Below, one piece after another: positions 9,798 to 19,168 of a stretch of DNA of 64,000 bases. The position numbers were made by a program, and so were the translations under genes. Positions within the stretch are counted from its first letter, which is position 1; each line of letters begins with the position of its first letter. This stretch comes from Candidatus Omnitrophota bacterium (lineage in GTDB: Bacteria; Omnitrophota; Gorgyraeia; Gygaellales; Profunditerraquicolaceae), in the NCBI GenBank assembly GCA_049517335.1, contig JBEKSD010000002.1, forward strand, positions 1-64,000, read 5' to 3'. Under the pieces are notes generated by a model, which saw only the letters and a program-made list of their open reading frames with translations, did no database searches and was not told the origin of the DNA.

Positions 9798-9799
9798 CC

Positions 9800-10414
9800 A
9801 TGCCTGAAAACAATACGAAATCCGTTATTGAAGCTTTGCTTTTAGCAAGCGAAAAACCTTTAACATTAGAACAAATCAGGAAAATCCTGGATAATTTAGA
9901 CGCCCCTGAAATCCGGAGTTTAATTGATGAATTAAAAAGCGAATATGAGCAACAAGGCCGCGGCATGCGCATTATTGAGGTTGCCGGAGGCTGGCAGATG
10001 ATTACCTATGCGGGTTTTGCCTCGTTTTTAAAAAAGATGTTTAAAGACCGGCAGGTTGAGAAGTTGTCACGTCCGGCTTTGGAGACGCTGGCAATTATTG
10101 CTTATAAGCAACCGCTAACAAGGAGCGAAATCGAAGATTTAAGGAACGTAAACGTTGACGGTGTAATGAAAAACTTAACTGACAAAAACCTGGTAAGAAT
10201 TTGCGGCAGGAAGAAGATCCCCGGAAGGCCGTTTGTTTACGGGACTACGAAAGAATTCCTGCTACATTTTGGTTTAAATTCTTTAGGTGATTTGCCGAAA
10301 ATGGAAGATTTTACCGCCATGGCGCAAATGAAAGAAGCTGAGATTGAGCCGATTAAAGAAGGGCAAAAACTGGAGGAAATAAATGAACCTGAACAGACTG
10401 CGCAAGCAAATTGA
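9800..10414 (+). CDS. scpB: SMC-Scp complex subunit ScpB
   Basis: IEALLLAS, LSRPALETLAIIAYKQP.TR, PGRPFVYGTT.EFL.HFGL. Confidence 0.95.
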   Translation: MPENNTKSVIEALLLASEKPLTLEQIRKILDNLDAPEIRSLIDELKSEYEQQGRGMRIIEVAGGWQMITYAGFASFLKKMFKDRQVEKLSRPALETLAIIAYKQPLTRSEIEDLRNVNVDGVMKNLTDKNLVRICGRKKIPGRPFVYGTTKEFLLHFGLNSLGDLPKMEDFTAMAQMKEAEIEPIKEGQKLEEINEPEQTAQAN

Positions 10415-11444
10415 TTCAATCGATAAAAAAATTACGGAGTTGCTTAATGCGCGCGCTAAAATAATTGTAAATGTGGGGCAATTAAAAAAAAGGAACGGCT
10501 CAAGCGTCTATTCCCCGGAGAGAGAAAAACAGGTTTTAGACAGGTTAATCCGGATGAATAAAGGCCCTTTAAGCAAAGATGCTTTGACAGCTATCTACAG
10601 GGAGATAATGTCCAGCAGCCTTTCCCTGGAAAAACATTTAAAGATAGCTTACCTTGGTCCTGAAGCGAGCTTCTCTAATCTGGCTGCCATAAAAAAATTC
10701 GGCTCTCAAATCGCTTATATCCCCTGCAATAATATAAGCGACGTATTCGCGGAAGTTGAAAGAGGAGAAGCTGATTACGGCGTAGTCCCGATTGAAAACT
10801 CCATTGAGGGAGCGGTTAGCTACACCCTCGATATGTTTATGGATTCGGATTTAAAAATTTGCGCTCAACTGATGCTGGATATCTCACATAATTTACTGGC
10901 TAATTGCGCTAGAAATAAAATCAAGCGAGTATACTCTAATCCCAACGTGCTTGGCCAGTGCCGCATATGGTTAAAGGAAAATCTTCCGGATGTAGAAACG
11001 ATTGAGGTTTCCAGCACTACCCGGGCAGCTAAGATTGCAAAAAGCGAAAAAGGGAGTGCCTGCATTGCCTCATCTTTGGCAGCTAAAGTTTATAAATTGA
11101 AACTAGTAGCCGCGGGCATAGAAGATTCACCACATAATATTACCCGTTTTTTGGTAATTGGTAAAACCACGGCAAAACCAACAGGCCACGATAAAACATC
11201 AATCCTTTTTTCCATTAAAGACAGCATAGGCGCTTTGCACGATATGCTGGTTCCTTTTAAGAAATACGGGATTAACCTGACTAAAATAGAGTCGCGCCCT
11301 TCAAAGAAAAAGGCATGGGATTATTATTTCTTTGTAGACTTGAACGGGCATCAAGACAGCCCCAAAGTAAAACGGGCGCTGAGAGAGCTGGAAAATAAAT
11401 GTAAGTTCCTCAAAGTGCTGGGGTCATACCCCGCAGGAGAATAG
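10383..11444 (+). CDS. pheA: Chorismate mutase / prephenate dehydratase
   Basis: CM domain (LRKQID.ID), YLGPE, VVPIENS.EG, N.TRF and ACT domain with INLTKIESRP. Confidence 0.95.
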   Translation: MNLNRLRKQIDSIDKKITELLNARAKIIVNVGQLKKRNGSSVYSPEREKQVLDRLIRMNKGPLSKDALTAIYREIMSSSLSLEKHLKIAYLGPEASFSNLAAIKKFGSQIAYIPCNNISDVFAEVERGEADYGVVPIENSIEGAVSYTLDMFMDSDLKICAQLMLDISHNLLANCARNKIKRVYSNPNVLGQCRIWLKENLPDVETIEVSSTTRAAKIAKSEKGSACIASSLAAKVYKLKLVAAGIEDSPHNITRFLVIGKTTAKPTGHDKTSILFSIKDSIGALHDMLVPFKKYGINLTKIESRPSKKKAWDYYFFVDLNGHQDSPKVKRALRELENKCKFLKVLGSYPAGE

Positions 11445-11450
11445 TTATTT

Positions 11451-12533
11451 ATGAGTAATCTGGTTAGAAAACACATTTTAAGCATCGCTCCTTATGAAGC
11501 AGGCAAGCCGATAGAGGAGATCAAAAGACAGTTGGGCTTAAAAGAAATTATTAAGCTCGCCTCAAATGAAAACCCTTACGGCCCGTCCCCTAAGGCGCTT
11601 GCGGCGATTAAGAAAAACCTGCCCCGGATTAACCGCTATCCGGACTCAGCAGGGTTCTATTTAAAGAAAAAACTGGCCAAAACTTACAATATTAAAGAAG
11701 AAAATATTGTTTTAGGAAACGGCTCAGATGAACTCATTGACATAATTTTAAAGACCTTTGTTGAGGATGATGAGCACATCCTGACCGCGGATTTTACTTT
11801 TTTGGAATACAGCATCATATCCAAGGTAAAGAACCGCACTGTCTTAACCGTCCCGTTAAAATATTTCCGCTATGATCTAGATGCGATAAAAAGGAAGATC
11901 GACCCAAACACTAAGATTATTTTTATTTCAAACCCCAATAATCCTACTGGCACTTATGTCGGTAAATATGAACTGGATGAATTCCTGAAGGGTTTACCTG
12001 AAAGTGTCATTGTTGTCCTTGATGAAGCTTATGAGGCGTTCATTGACGTAAGTGATTTCGCAAGCGGGATTGATTATTTCCCTAAAAATAACGTCATTAT
12101 TTTGAAAACATTCTCAAAGGCTTACGGACTTGCTGGGCTAAGGGTCGGGTTTGCGGTGGGAAGAAAAGAGTTCATCTCCTATATGAATATCGCGCGCCAG
12201 CCGTTTAACGTGAATTCACTTGCTCAGACAGCTGCGATTGCTGTGCTTGATGACAAAGCGTTCCTTGAGAAAACAAAGAAGTTAATCCTTGAAGGCAAGA
12301 ATTATCTTTACGATAACTTAAAAAAGTTAGGCCTTGCTTATGTACCGACGGTGGCAAATTTTATCCTTATTGATACGGGCTCGGACGGGATTGAAGTGTT
12401 TAATAAGATGCTTAAGTTCGGCGTAATTGTACGCGATATGAGACAGTACGGCTTAAAAAATTACATCCGTGTTACTATCGGGACAAAAAAAGAGAACGAA
12501 AGATTCATTAAGGTATTAAAGAAAATACTTTAA
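11451..12533 (+). CDS. hisC: Histidinol-phosphate / aromatic aminotransferase
   Basis: KLASNENP, GNGSDE, NPNNPTG, DEAY, TFSKAYGLAGLRVG. Confidence 0.92.
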   Translation: MSNLVRKHILSIAPYEAGKPIEEIKRQLGLKEIIKLASNENPYGPSPKALAAIKKNLPRINRYPDSAGFYLKKKLAKTYNIKEENIVLGNGSDELIDIILKTFVEDDEHILTADFTFLEYSIISKVKNRTVLTVPLKYFRYDLDAIKRKIDPNTKIIFISNPNNPTGTYVGKYELDEFLKGLPESVIVVLDEAYEAFIDVSDFASGIDYFPKNNVIILKTFSKAYGLAGLRVGFAVGRKEFISYMNIARQPFNVNSLAQTAAIAVLDDKAFLEKTKKLILEGKNYLYDNLKKLGLAYVPTVANFILIDTGSDGIEVFNKMLKFGVIVRDMRQYGLKNYIRVTIGTKKENERFIKVLKKIL

Positions 12534-12548
12534 GCTAAGGAGAACGGT

Positions 12549-13565
12549 ATGATTATTGTCTTGAAGCCGCAGGTGACTGAAAAAGAGATAAACCATATAC
12601 TTGAAAAAGTAAAAAAACTCGGGCTTACCCCGCATCTTTCAAAAGGGACCGAACGCACTATTATCGGCGTAATCGGGCCGGAAGAAATCCTGCAGGCAAC
12701 CCCATTAGAAGTTTTCCCCGGTGTAGAAAAAGTAATGCCGGTTTTAGCCCCTTATAAGCTAGTTTCTAGTGAATTTAAACGAGAAGGCTCTGTGATTGAT
12801 TTGGGCAAAGGCATAAAAATCGGAGGTAAGAAGATTATCGTTATGGCCGGTCCCTGCGCCATTGAAAACCGGGAAACATTGGCGGAGATTGCCCGTCTAG
12901 CAAAAGAAGCAGGGGCAGCGGTTTTGCGGGGAGGCGCATTTAAGCCTCGTACATCGCCTTACAGTTTTCAGGGTTTAGGCGAAGAAGGATTAAAATATCT
13001 GAAAGAAACAGGAGATGCTTTAGGTATGGTGACCGTTACCGAAGTTATGGACACCCGCGACGTAGGATTAGTGGCTGGTTATGCTGATGTCCTCCAAATA
13101 GGCGCGCGCAATATGCAGAACTTTAACCTGTTAAAAGAGGTAGGTCTTACCAAAAAACCTGTCCTCCTGAAGCGCGGGCTTTCTTCAACAATCAAAGAAC
13201 TGCTGATGTCGGCAGAATATATCATGGCTGGAGGGAACTTCAACGTTATTTTATGCGAGCGCGGGATTAGAACGTTTGAAGAGGCCACACGTAACACCCT
13301 TGATATAAGCGCAATCCCCGTTATTAAATCTCTTTCTCATTTACCGATTATTGTTGACCCTTCGCATGCAGCCGGTAAATGGGGGCTAGTGCCTGCGCTT
13401 TCAAAGGCTGCTGTGGCCGCAGGCGCGGACGGTTTAATCATTGAAGTGCACACTCGGCCTGAAGAAGCCAAGTCGGACGGCGAACAATCGCTTATTCCGA
13501 CTAATTTTAAAAACTTGATCAAAGAGTGCCGCACCATTGCTCAAGCGGTAGGGAGAGAGTTATAG
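12549..13565 (+). CDS. aroF: DAHP synthase, type I-beta with N-terminal regulatory domain
   Basis: [45 protein letters not shown]. Confidence 0.95.
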   Translation: MIIVLKPQVTEKEINHILEKVKKLGLTPHLSKGTERTIIGVIGPEEILQATPLEVFPGVEKVMPVLAPYKLVSSEFKREGSVIDLGKGIKIGGKKIIVMAGPCAIENRETLAEIARLAKEAGAAVLRGGAFKPRTSPYSFQGLGEEGLKYLKETGDALGMVTVTEVMDTRDVGLVAGYADVLQIGARNMQNFNLLKEVGLTKKPVLLKRGLSSTIKELLMSAEYIMAGGNFNVILCERGIRTFEEATRNTLDISAIPVIKSLSHLPIIVDPSHAAGKWGLVPALSKAAVAAGADGLIIEVHTRPEEAKSDGEQSLIPTNFKNLIKECRTIAQAVGREL

Positions 13566-14395
13566 TGAAAATATTTAACAAAGTTGCTATAGTTGGTACG
13601 GGCTTAATCGGAGGCTCAATGGGCCTAGCCATTAAAAAGAATAAACTCGCCGGTAGTATTGTAGGTGTCAGTAGGCATGAAAACAGCATAGTAAGGGCTA
13701 AAAGGCTCGGTGCAATAGACAACGGTTCAAAATCTTTAGCTTTTATTAAGGATGTAGATTTAATTATTTTGGCAACTCCGGTCAGCGTCATAATGGATTT
13801 GGCGCTCCGCATTTCAAAAATAATAAATAAAAATTGTACTGTGATAGATGTCGGGAGCACTAAAGAGAAGATTGCCTTAAAACTAAGCAAAATTTTTCCG
13901 AATTACGTAGGGACTCATCCTTTAGCCGGTTCAGAGAAACACGGCGTGGCATTCGCGAGCGCAGGTCTCTTTCAGGGCTCGTTATGCATCCTGACGCCTG
14001 ATAAAAAGACGAATAAGAATATCCTACTTAAAGTTAAAAAATTATGGCAGGGCGTCGGAGCTAAAACATGGGAAGTTAATGCCTCGGAACACGACAGGAT
14101 CATGGCTTTTGTAAGTCATCTTCCTCACGCTGCAGCCTTTGCCTTAATGAATTCCGTGCCGGAAGTTTTCTTAAAGTTTAGTGCAAGCGGCCTGAAAGAT
14201 ACAACCCGCATATCCGCTTCAGAACCTAAGCTTTGGGCGGATATATTCCTAAGTAACGACAGGAATCTCCTACTCGCTTTGGAATCATTAGTGGACAATT
14301 TAGAGCGGATTAAATTAACAATTAAGAACAAAAACAAAAATACCCTGATTAAGATCCTGCGAAAAGCCAAGAGAATAAGAGAAAAATTGAAATGA
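13565..14395 (+). CDS. tyrA: Prephenate/arogenate dehydrogenase
   Basis: GTGLIGGS Rossmann motif, DVGSTK, HPLAGSE, HD...A.VSHLPH, TRI. GTG start at 13565 is more plausible than 13526. Confidence 0.9.
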   Translation: MKIFNKVAIVGTGLIGGSMGLAIKKNKLAGSIVGVSRHENSIVRAKRLGAIDNGSKSLAFIKDVDLIILATPVSVIMDLALRISKIINKNCTVIDVGSTKEKIALKLSKIFPNYVGTHPLAGSEKHGVAFASAGLFQGSLCILTPDKKTNKNILLKVKKLWQGVGAKTWEVNASEHDRIMAFVSHLPHAAAFALMNSVPEVFLKFSASGLKDTTRISASEPKLWADIFLSNDRNLLLALESLVDNLERIKLTIKNKNKNTLIKILRKAKRIREKLK

Positions 14396-15045
14396 TTATT
14401 GCGATAGACGGCCCGGCAGGCGCGGGCAAAAGTACGGTTGCTAAATTAATAGCCCAGAAACTGGGCTTTCTTTATATTGATACGGGAGCAATGTACCGCG
14501 CCTTGACTTTAAAAGCTCTTAATGTAAACATCCTTTCCTCTGACATGGCCCGTATTATAGAGCTTGCCCGTAATACGGCGATAGACCTGTTTAATAATCC
14601 CGACGGTACGATAAAAGTTACGCTTGACGGAGTTGATGTGAGCAAAGAAATAAGGGAACCTCGCATAACGAGGTATGTTTCGGATATTGCCAGAATAAAA
14701 GAAGTGAGGGATGTAATGGTTTCCCTTCAGAGGCGCTTAGGCAGAATGGGTGATTCGGTATTGGACGGCCGGGATATCGGGACCGTTGTCTTTCCTGATG
14801 CCGAAAGAAAATTTTACCTAGATGCAAATTTTAAAGAAAGGGTACGGCGAAGGTATAAAGAGTTCCTTGAAGGCAGCCGCAAAATATCCCTAGAAGAAAT
14901 AGAAGAAGATGTTTTAAACCGCGACACGATAGATTCAAATCGCGAGGTTGGGCCTTTAAAAAAAGCAGCTGATGCGTTTTACATTGATACGACCAATATG
15001 AGTATATTAGAGGTCGTGGATATTTTATTAACCCGCATTATATAA
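14392..15045 (+). CDS. cmk: Cytidylate kinase
   Basis: IAIDGPAGAGKST, DTGAMYRA, DGRDIGTVVFPDA. Confidence 0.96.
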   Translation: MIIAIDGPAGAGKSTVAKLIAQKLGFLYIDTGAMYRALTLKALNVNILSSDMARIIELARNTAIDLFNNPDGTIKVTLDGVDVSKEIREPRITRYVSDIARIKEVRDVMVSLQRRLGRMGDSVLDGRDIGTVVFPDAERKFYLDANFKERVRRRYKEFLEGSRKISLEEIEEDVLNRDTIDSNREVGPLKKAADAFYIDTTNMSILEVVDILLTRII

Positions 15046-16845
15046 ATGGACAAATCGCTGATACGAAACTTTTCTATTATAGCGCATATAGACCACGGTA
15101 AGTCAACGCTTGCCGATAGGATCCTTGAGTTGACCGGTGCCGTTGATAAAAGGCATAAAGGCCAGCAGCTTCTTGACGATATGGACTTGGAAAAGGAGCG
15201 TGGGATTACTATCAAGGCTTCCATGGTGCGTTTGGATTATCATTCCAGAAAACGCGGCAAAACTTATGTTTTTAATTTAATTGATACGCCGGGGCACGTG
15301 GATTTTACCTATGAGGTTTCAAAATCTTTAGCTGCATGCGAAGGGGCAGTCTTGATAGTAGATGCGGGTCAAGGTATTGAAGCGCAGACTGTGGCGAATT
15401 TTTATCTTGCGCTCGAGAACAATCTTCAGGTTATACCCGTGATTAACAAGATAGATTTAAGCTCCGCTGACATACCTCGCGTCAGGCGCCAGATTGTAAG
15501 TGTCTTGGGCTTTAAAGAAGAGGACATAATTATGGCTTCTGCCAAAGAAGGGATAGGGATAGAAGACATTCTTGAGAAGATTATTGAGGTCATCCCTGCA
15601 CCTCAAGGCGAGGTAACAAATTCTTTAAAAGCGCTTGTTTTTGACTGCCGGTTTGACGTTTATAAAGGCGTAGTGGTTTTTTTAAAGGTCATTGAGGGAC
15701 AGATGGATACAATGACAAGCCTTAAAATGATGCATTCCGGCGTCGTATATAAAATAGAAGAGTTAGGCGTATTTAAAGATTTGAAATACTCTGCAGTTAA
15801 AACCCTGACCAGTGGAGAAGTCGGTTATTTCACGGCAAATATACGCGAAGCGCGCGAACTTATTGTCGGAGATACTATTACCGATAACAAGAATCCCTGT
15901 AGAGAGGTCCTGCCTGGTTACAGGAGACCCAAACCCCTTGTTTATTGCGGGATTTATCCGGTTAACTCGGGAGATTTCCCGCAGTTAAGGGACGCAATGG
16001 ATAAACTAAAACTGTCGGACGCATCTTTCGTATTTGAGCCAGAGAATTCGCAATCATTTGGCTCAGGTTTCCGTTGTGGTTTTCTCGGGCTCCTGCATAT
16101 GGAAATCGTACAGGAACGGCTTGAGAGGGAATATAATTTAAACCTCATACTTACCGTCCCCAACGTCGTTTACCGTGTTAGAACTCGCGCAGGAGAACTC
16201 TTGGAAGTTGACACGCCTTCAAAACTTCCGACTGCGCAGGATATAATCGCAGCAGAAGAGCCTTACGCCGCGCTTCTAATGATTATTCCGGTTGATTCAA
16301 TTGAAGCAGTCTGCGATTTCGCTAAATCGCGCCGGGGAATATTCCAGTCAACCGAATATCTAGGTGAGGATAGGGTAAAGGTGATATTCTCCATCCCGCT
16401 TTCCGAAATTATCGTAGATTTTTATGACCGGATTAAATCTTTAACCCGCGGTTATGGTTCGCTTGATTACGAATTCAGAGAATACGTTTCTACCAAACTG
16501 GTTAAACTTGACATCCTCTTAAACGGAGTCATTTGCGATGCTTTTTCTTCGCTTATGAGTAAAGAGCGGGCAACGATGAAAGCGCACGCCCTCGTATCTA
16601 AATTGAAGGAATTAATCCCCCGGCAGCTATTCGAGGTGGCGATTCAGGCGGCAGTAGGAGGCCAGATTCTGGCTTCTGAAAAAATCCGGCCCGTAGGCAA
16701 ACATGTTACTGCCAAATGTTACGGCGGGGACATTACTCGTAAACGCAAGCTTTGGGAAGAACAGAAAAAAGGGAAGAAAAGACTGAAGCAGTTCGGAAAA
16801 GTAGAAATTCCTCAGGAAGCATTTTTGGAGGTTCTGAAAATATGA
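15046..16845 (+). CDS. lepA: Elongation factor 4
   Basis: IRNFSIIAHIDHGKSTLADR, DTPGHVDF, GFRCGFLGLLH, KCYGGDITRKRKL. Confidence 0.98.
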   Translation: MDKSLIRNFSIIAHIDHGKSTLADRILELTGAVDKRHKGQQLLDDMDLEKERGITIKASMVRLDYHSRKRGKTYVFNLIDTPGHVDFTYEVSKSLAACEGAVLIVDAGQGIEAQTVANFYLALENNLQVIPVINKIDLSSADIPRVRRQIVSVLGFKEEDIIMASAKEGIGIEDILEKIIEVIPAPQGEVTNSLKALVFDCRFDVYKGVVVFLKVIEGQMDTMTSLKMMHSGVVYKIEELGVFKDLKYSAVKTLTSGEVGYFTANIREARELIVGDTITDNKNPCREVLPGYRRPKPLVYCGIYPVNSGDFPQLRDAMDKLKLSDASFVFEPENSQSFGSGFRCGFLGLLHMEIVQERLEREYNLNLILTVPNVVYRVRTRAGELLEVDTPSKLPTAQDIIAAEEPYAALLMIIPVDSIEAVCDFAKSRRGIFQSTEYLGEDRVKVIFSIPLSEIIVDFYDRIKSLTRGYGSLDYEFREYVSTKLVKLDILLNGVICDAFSSLMSKERATMKAHALVSKLKELIPRQLFEVAIQAAVGGQILASEKIRPVGKHVTAKCYGGDITRKRKLWEEQKKGKKRLKQFGKVEIPQEAFLEVLKI

Positions 16846-17417
16846 CAACCAAGAAAAAGACGATTATCCGTGAATGGATTGAATCAATCATAATAGCTTT
16901 TCTGCTGGCAATGGTAATCCGCGCTTTTGTGGTACAGGCATTTAAAATTCCCAGCGGCTCAATGCGGCCGACCCTGCTTGAGGGAGACTTAATTTTAGTA
17001 AATAAATTCATTTATGGCGCAAAAATTCCTTTTACAAATAAAAGGTTGACGGCATTGCGAGACTTAAAAAGAGGTGATGTAATTGTTTTTATCTACCCGG
17101 AAGACCAAAAAAAGGATTTTATCAAGCGACTTGTGGGGTTGCCTGGTGAAGAAATTGAGATAAAAAAATATACAATTTACGTAAATGACAAGCCTCTTTT
17201 GGATTCGGTCTTTAACCGGAGATATTATTACAACGGTGGTGATTTTGCCGTTGAGGGAAAGAAAATAACCGTGCCCAAAGACCATTATTTTGTGCTTGGG
17301 GATAATTCCGCTTCATCCAAAGACAGCCGTTACTGGGGTTTTGTGCCCAAAGATAATATTTTAGGTAAGGCATTCCTAATTTACTGGCCGCCTAACCGTA
17401 TAAGGCTTATTAGATGA
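16842..17417 (+). CDS. lepB: Signal peptidase I
   Basis: IPSGSM.PTL, FIKR, GDN...S.DSRYWG. ATG at 16842 overlaps the lepA stop. Confidence 0.95.
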   Translation: MTTKKKTIIREWIESIIIAFLLAMVIRAFVVQAFKIPSGSMRPTLLEGDLILVNKFIYGAKIPFTNKRLTALRDLKRGDVIVFIYPEDQKKDFIKRLVGLPGEEIEIKKYTIYVNDKPLLDSVFNRRYYYNGGDFAVEGKKITVPKDHYFVLGDNSASSKDSRYWGFVPKDNILGKAFLIYWPPNRIRLIR

Positions 17418-17977
17418 ATATAGCCAATAAGATTTCTACTTTTCGCATCCTCAGCGTGCCGTTTTTTATCGCCACCTTAATTTACTACAATCCGTTGCGC
17501 GAATACCTGCGTTTTACCGCTTTATTCATTTTTATGCTGGGGGTAATCTCGGATGCTGTTGACGGTTATATCGCAAGGAAATCAAAACTGCAGTCAAAAG
17601 CAGGGCTGGTGCTTGACCCTTTAGGCGATAAGCTCCTTTTAATGAGCGCCTTTATCTGCCTTTCATTTCTTGATAGTTTTACGATTACCTTTCCGCTCTG
17701 GGTCACCTTTATTGTTATAAGCCGGGATGTAATAATTATACTGGGGGCTGTAGTTATCTACATTGTTAAACAGAATATTGAGGTTTTCCCCACCCGTTGG
17801 GGCAAATGCAGCACTGTTTTTCAGATGTGCGCAGTAATTGCGGTTCTGCTGCAGCTAAAAGCATCATTTATCTTCTGGTGGTTTGCTGTAATTTTTACCA
17901 TTTTTTCAGGTATGGACTATATTAGGAAAGGGTTTAAAATTTTGTATGCTCTGGATAATCACAGGGATAATCGTTAG
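17414..17977 (+). CDS. pgsA: CDP-alcohol phosphatidyltransferase (PgsA-like)
   Basis: D..DG.IAR...G..LD...DK motif; several TM helices. Confidence 0.85.
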   Translation: MNIANKISTFRILSVPFFIATLIYYNPLREYLRFTALFIFMLGVISDAVDGYIARKSKLQSKAGLVLDPLGDKLLLMSAFICLSFLDSFTITFPLWVTFIVISRDVIIILGAVVIYIVKQNIEVFPTRWGKCSTVFQMCAVIAVLLQLKASFIFWWFAVIFTIFSGMDYIRKGFKILYALDNHRDNR

Positions 17978-18587
17978 TTACCTTATAGGCTCAATTCCTA
18001 CAGCCTATATTTTTGGCCGGCTGTTAAAAGGAATAGACATCCGGAAATACGGCTCGGGGAATGTGGGCGCTACAAACGCGCTTCGTATTTTAGGAAGAGC
18101 GGTCGGTATAACCGTTTTAATACTGGATATTTTTAAGGGCTTCTTTACAGTAGTCTTCATAGGTAACCTTATTTCAGGAAAAGGTATACCGTTCATTTCA
18201 GAAGAAACCTTACGCCTTATATTAGGCATCAGCTGCATATGTGGTCACAACTGGACAATATTCCTGAATTTCCACGGCGGTAAAGGCATAGCTACTTCTT
18301 TAGGCGTATTGATTGGCCTGGCATTTAAAATTGGGGCTTTAAAAATTGTTCTTGGATTACTGATTTTAATTTGGCTGGTTGTTTTTTTTCTGCTTGGGAT
18401 CGTTTCAATTGCATCGGTATTTACCGCAATTGCCCTTCCGGTTTTTGTCATCCTTTTTGCACAAACGCCTGTATTGATCTTCGCCAGTCTATTATTATGC
18501 ATCTTTGTAATTGTCCGCCATAAATCAAACCTTAAACGTTTTTTCAAAGGCGAAGAACCCCGCTTGAGCTTTAAGAAAAAACCCTAA
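17946..18587 (+). CDS. plsY: Glycerol-3-phosphate acyltransferase PlsY
   Basis: YLIGSIP, GSGNVGATN, GH.W.IF..F.GGKGIAT, RH.SN. Confidence 0.95.
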   Translation: MLWIITGIIVSYLIGSIPTAYIFGRLLKGIDIRKYGSGNVGATNALRILGRAVGITVLILDIFKGFFTVVFIGNLISGKGIPFISEETLRLILGISCICGHNWTIFLNFHGGKGIATSLGVLIGLAFKIGALKIVLGLLILIWLVVFFLLGIVSIASVFTAIALPVFVILFAQTPVLIFASLLLCIFVIVRHKSNLKRFFKGEEPRLSFKKKP

Positions 18588-18712
18588 AAGAAACCGCTTT
18601 CCAAAATACCTGATAAGACCCTTGTTTATCCTTGATTTCCGATGCATACTTTTTCTGCATATAAGCCGGCATAATATCCCCCCCCATCAGCCACAAGACA
18701 ACTGGGGTTGGA

Positions 18713-18737
18713 GCCGGGTTGCATGGAGCAACCCGGC
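18713..18737 (+). other. Perfect 10-bp hairpin with ATGGA loop (terminator or RNA-binding-protein site)
   Basis: GCCGGGTTGC-ATGGA-GCAACCCGGC followed by AAACTTTT. Confidence 0.6.
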
Positions 18738-18765
18738 AAACTTTTAATAAACTTAAGGAGTAAAA

Positions 18766-19101
18766 ATGCGCGATTTACTCTACAAAAACCTGACTTCGGA
18801 TGATAAAAGGCGCAAAATTATTTCAAGCTCCGAAATTTCCGATAAGGAAGGAGTCCGCAGCGCCATACACCGCCATTTTATCTGGATAGTAAAAGAGGTA
18901 AGTATAGGCGATGTCCGGACTAAACCCACATCCTCCATCTACATTATAAAAGAAAAAATAAACAGGGAGTGTAAGCAAAGGTTTATTTGCAGGATTAAAG
19001 GTGGTTTGTATGTGACCGTTAGAAATAAAGTTTTCCTAGTTATGTATGTGCATTCCTTAAAGATTTACCTGCAGGATTTAACGCAGATCTCGCCTAAATA
19101 A
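18766..19101 (+). CDS. Hypothetical basic protein (111 aa)
   Basis: SD TAAGGAG upstream of ATG; no family recognised. Confidence 0.7.
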   Translation: MRDLLYKNLTSDDKRRKIISSSEISDKEGVRSAIHRHFIWIVKEVSIGDVRTKPTSSIYIIKEKINRECKQRFICRIKGGLYVTVRNKVFLVMYVHSLKIYLQDLTQISPK

Positions 19102-19128
19102 AATAATTAAGCCCATTTTAACTTTTTC

Positions 19129-19156
19129 TTGACAAAGGTTCTATGCATAGTATACT
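19129..19156 (+). promoter_or_regulatory. Putative sigma70 promoter giving a very short leader
   Basis: TTGACA (19129-19134), 16 nt, TATACT (19151-19156). ATG follows 12 nt later with no SD. Confidence 0.6.
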
Positions 19157-19168
19157 AATTTTTAATCT

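Noticed and set aside
16752-16841. Long N-terminus of lepB
   Set aside because: Overlaps the conserved lepA C-terminus. The ATG at 16842 gives a normal LepB.
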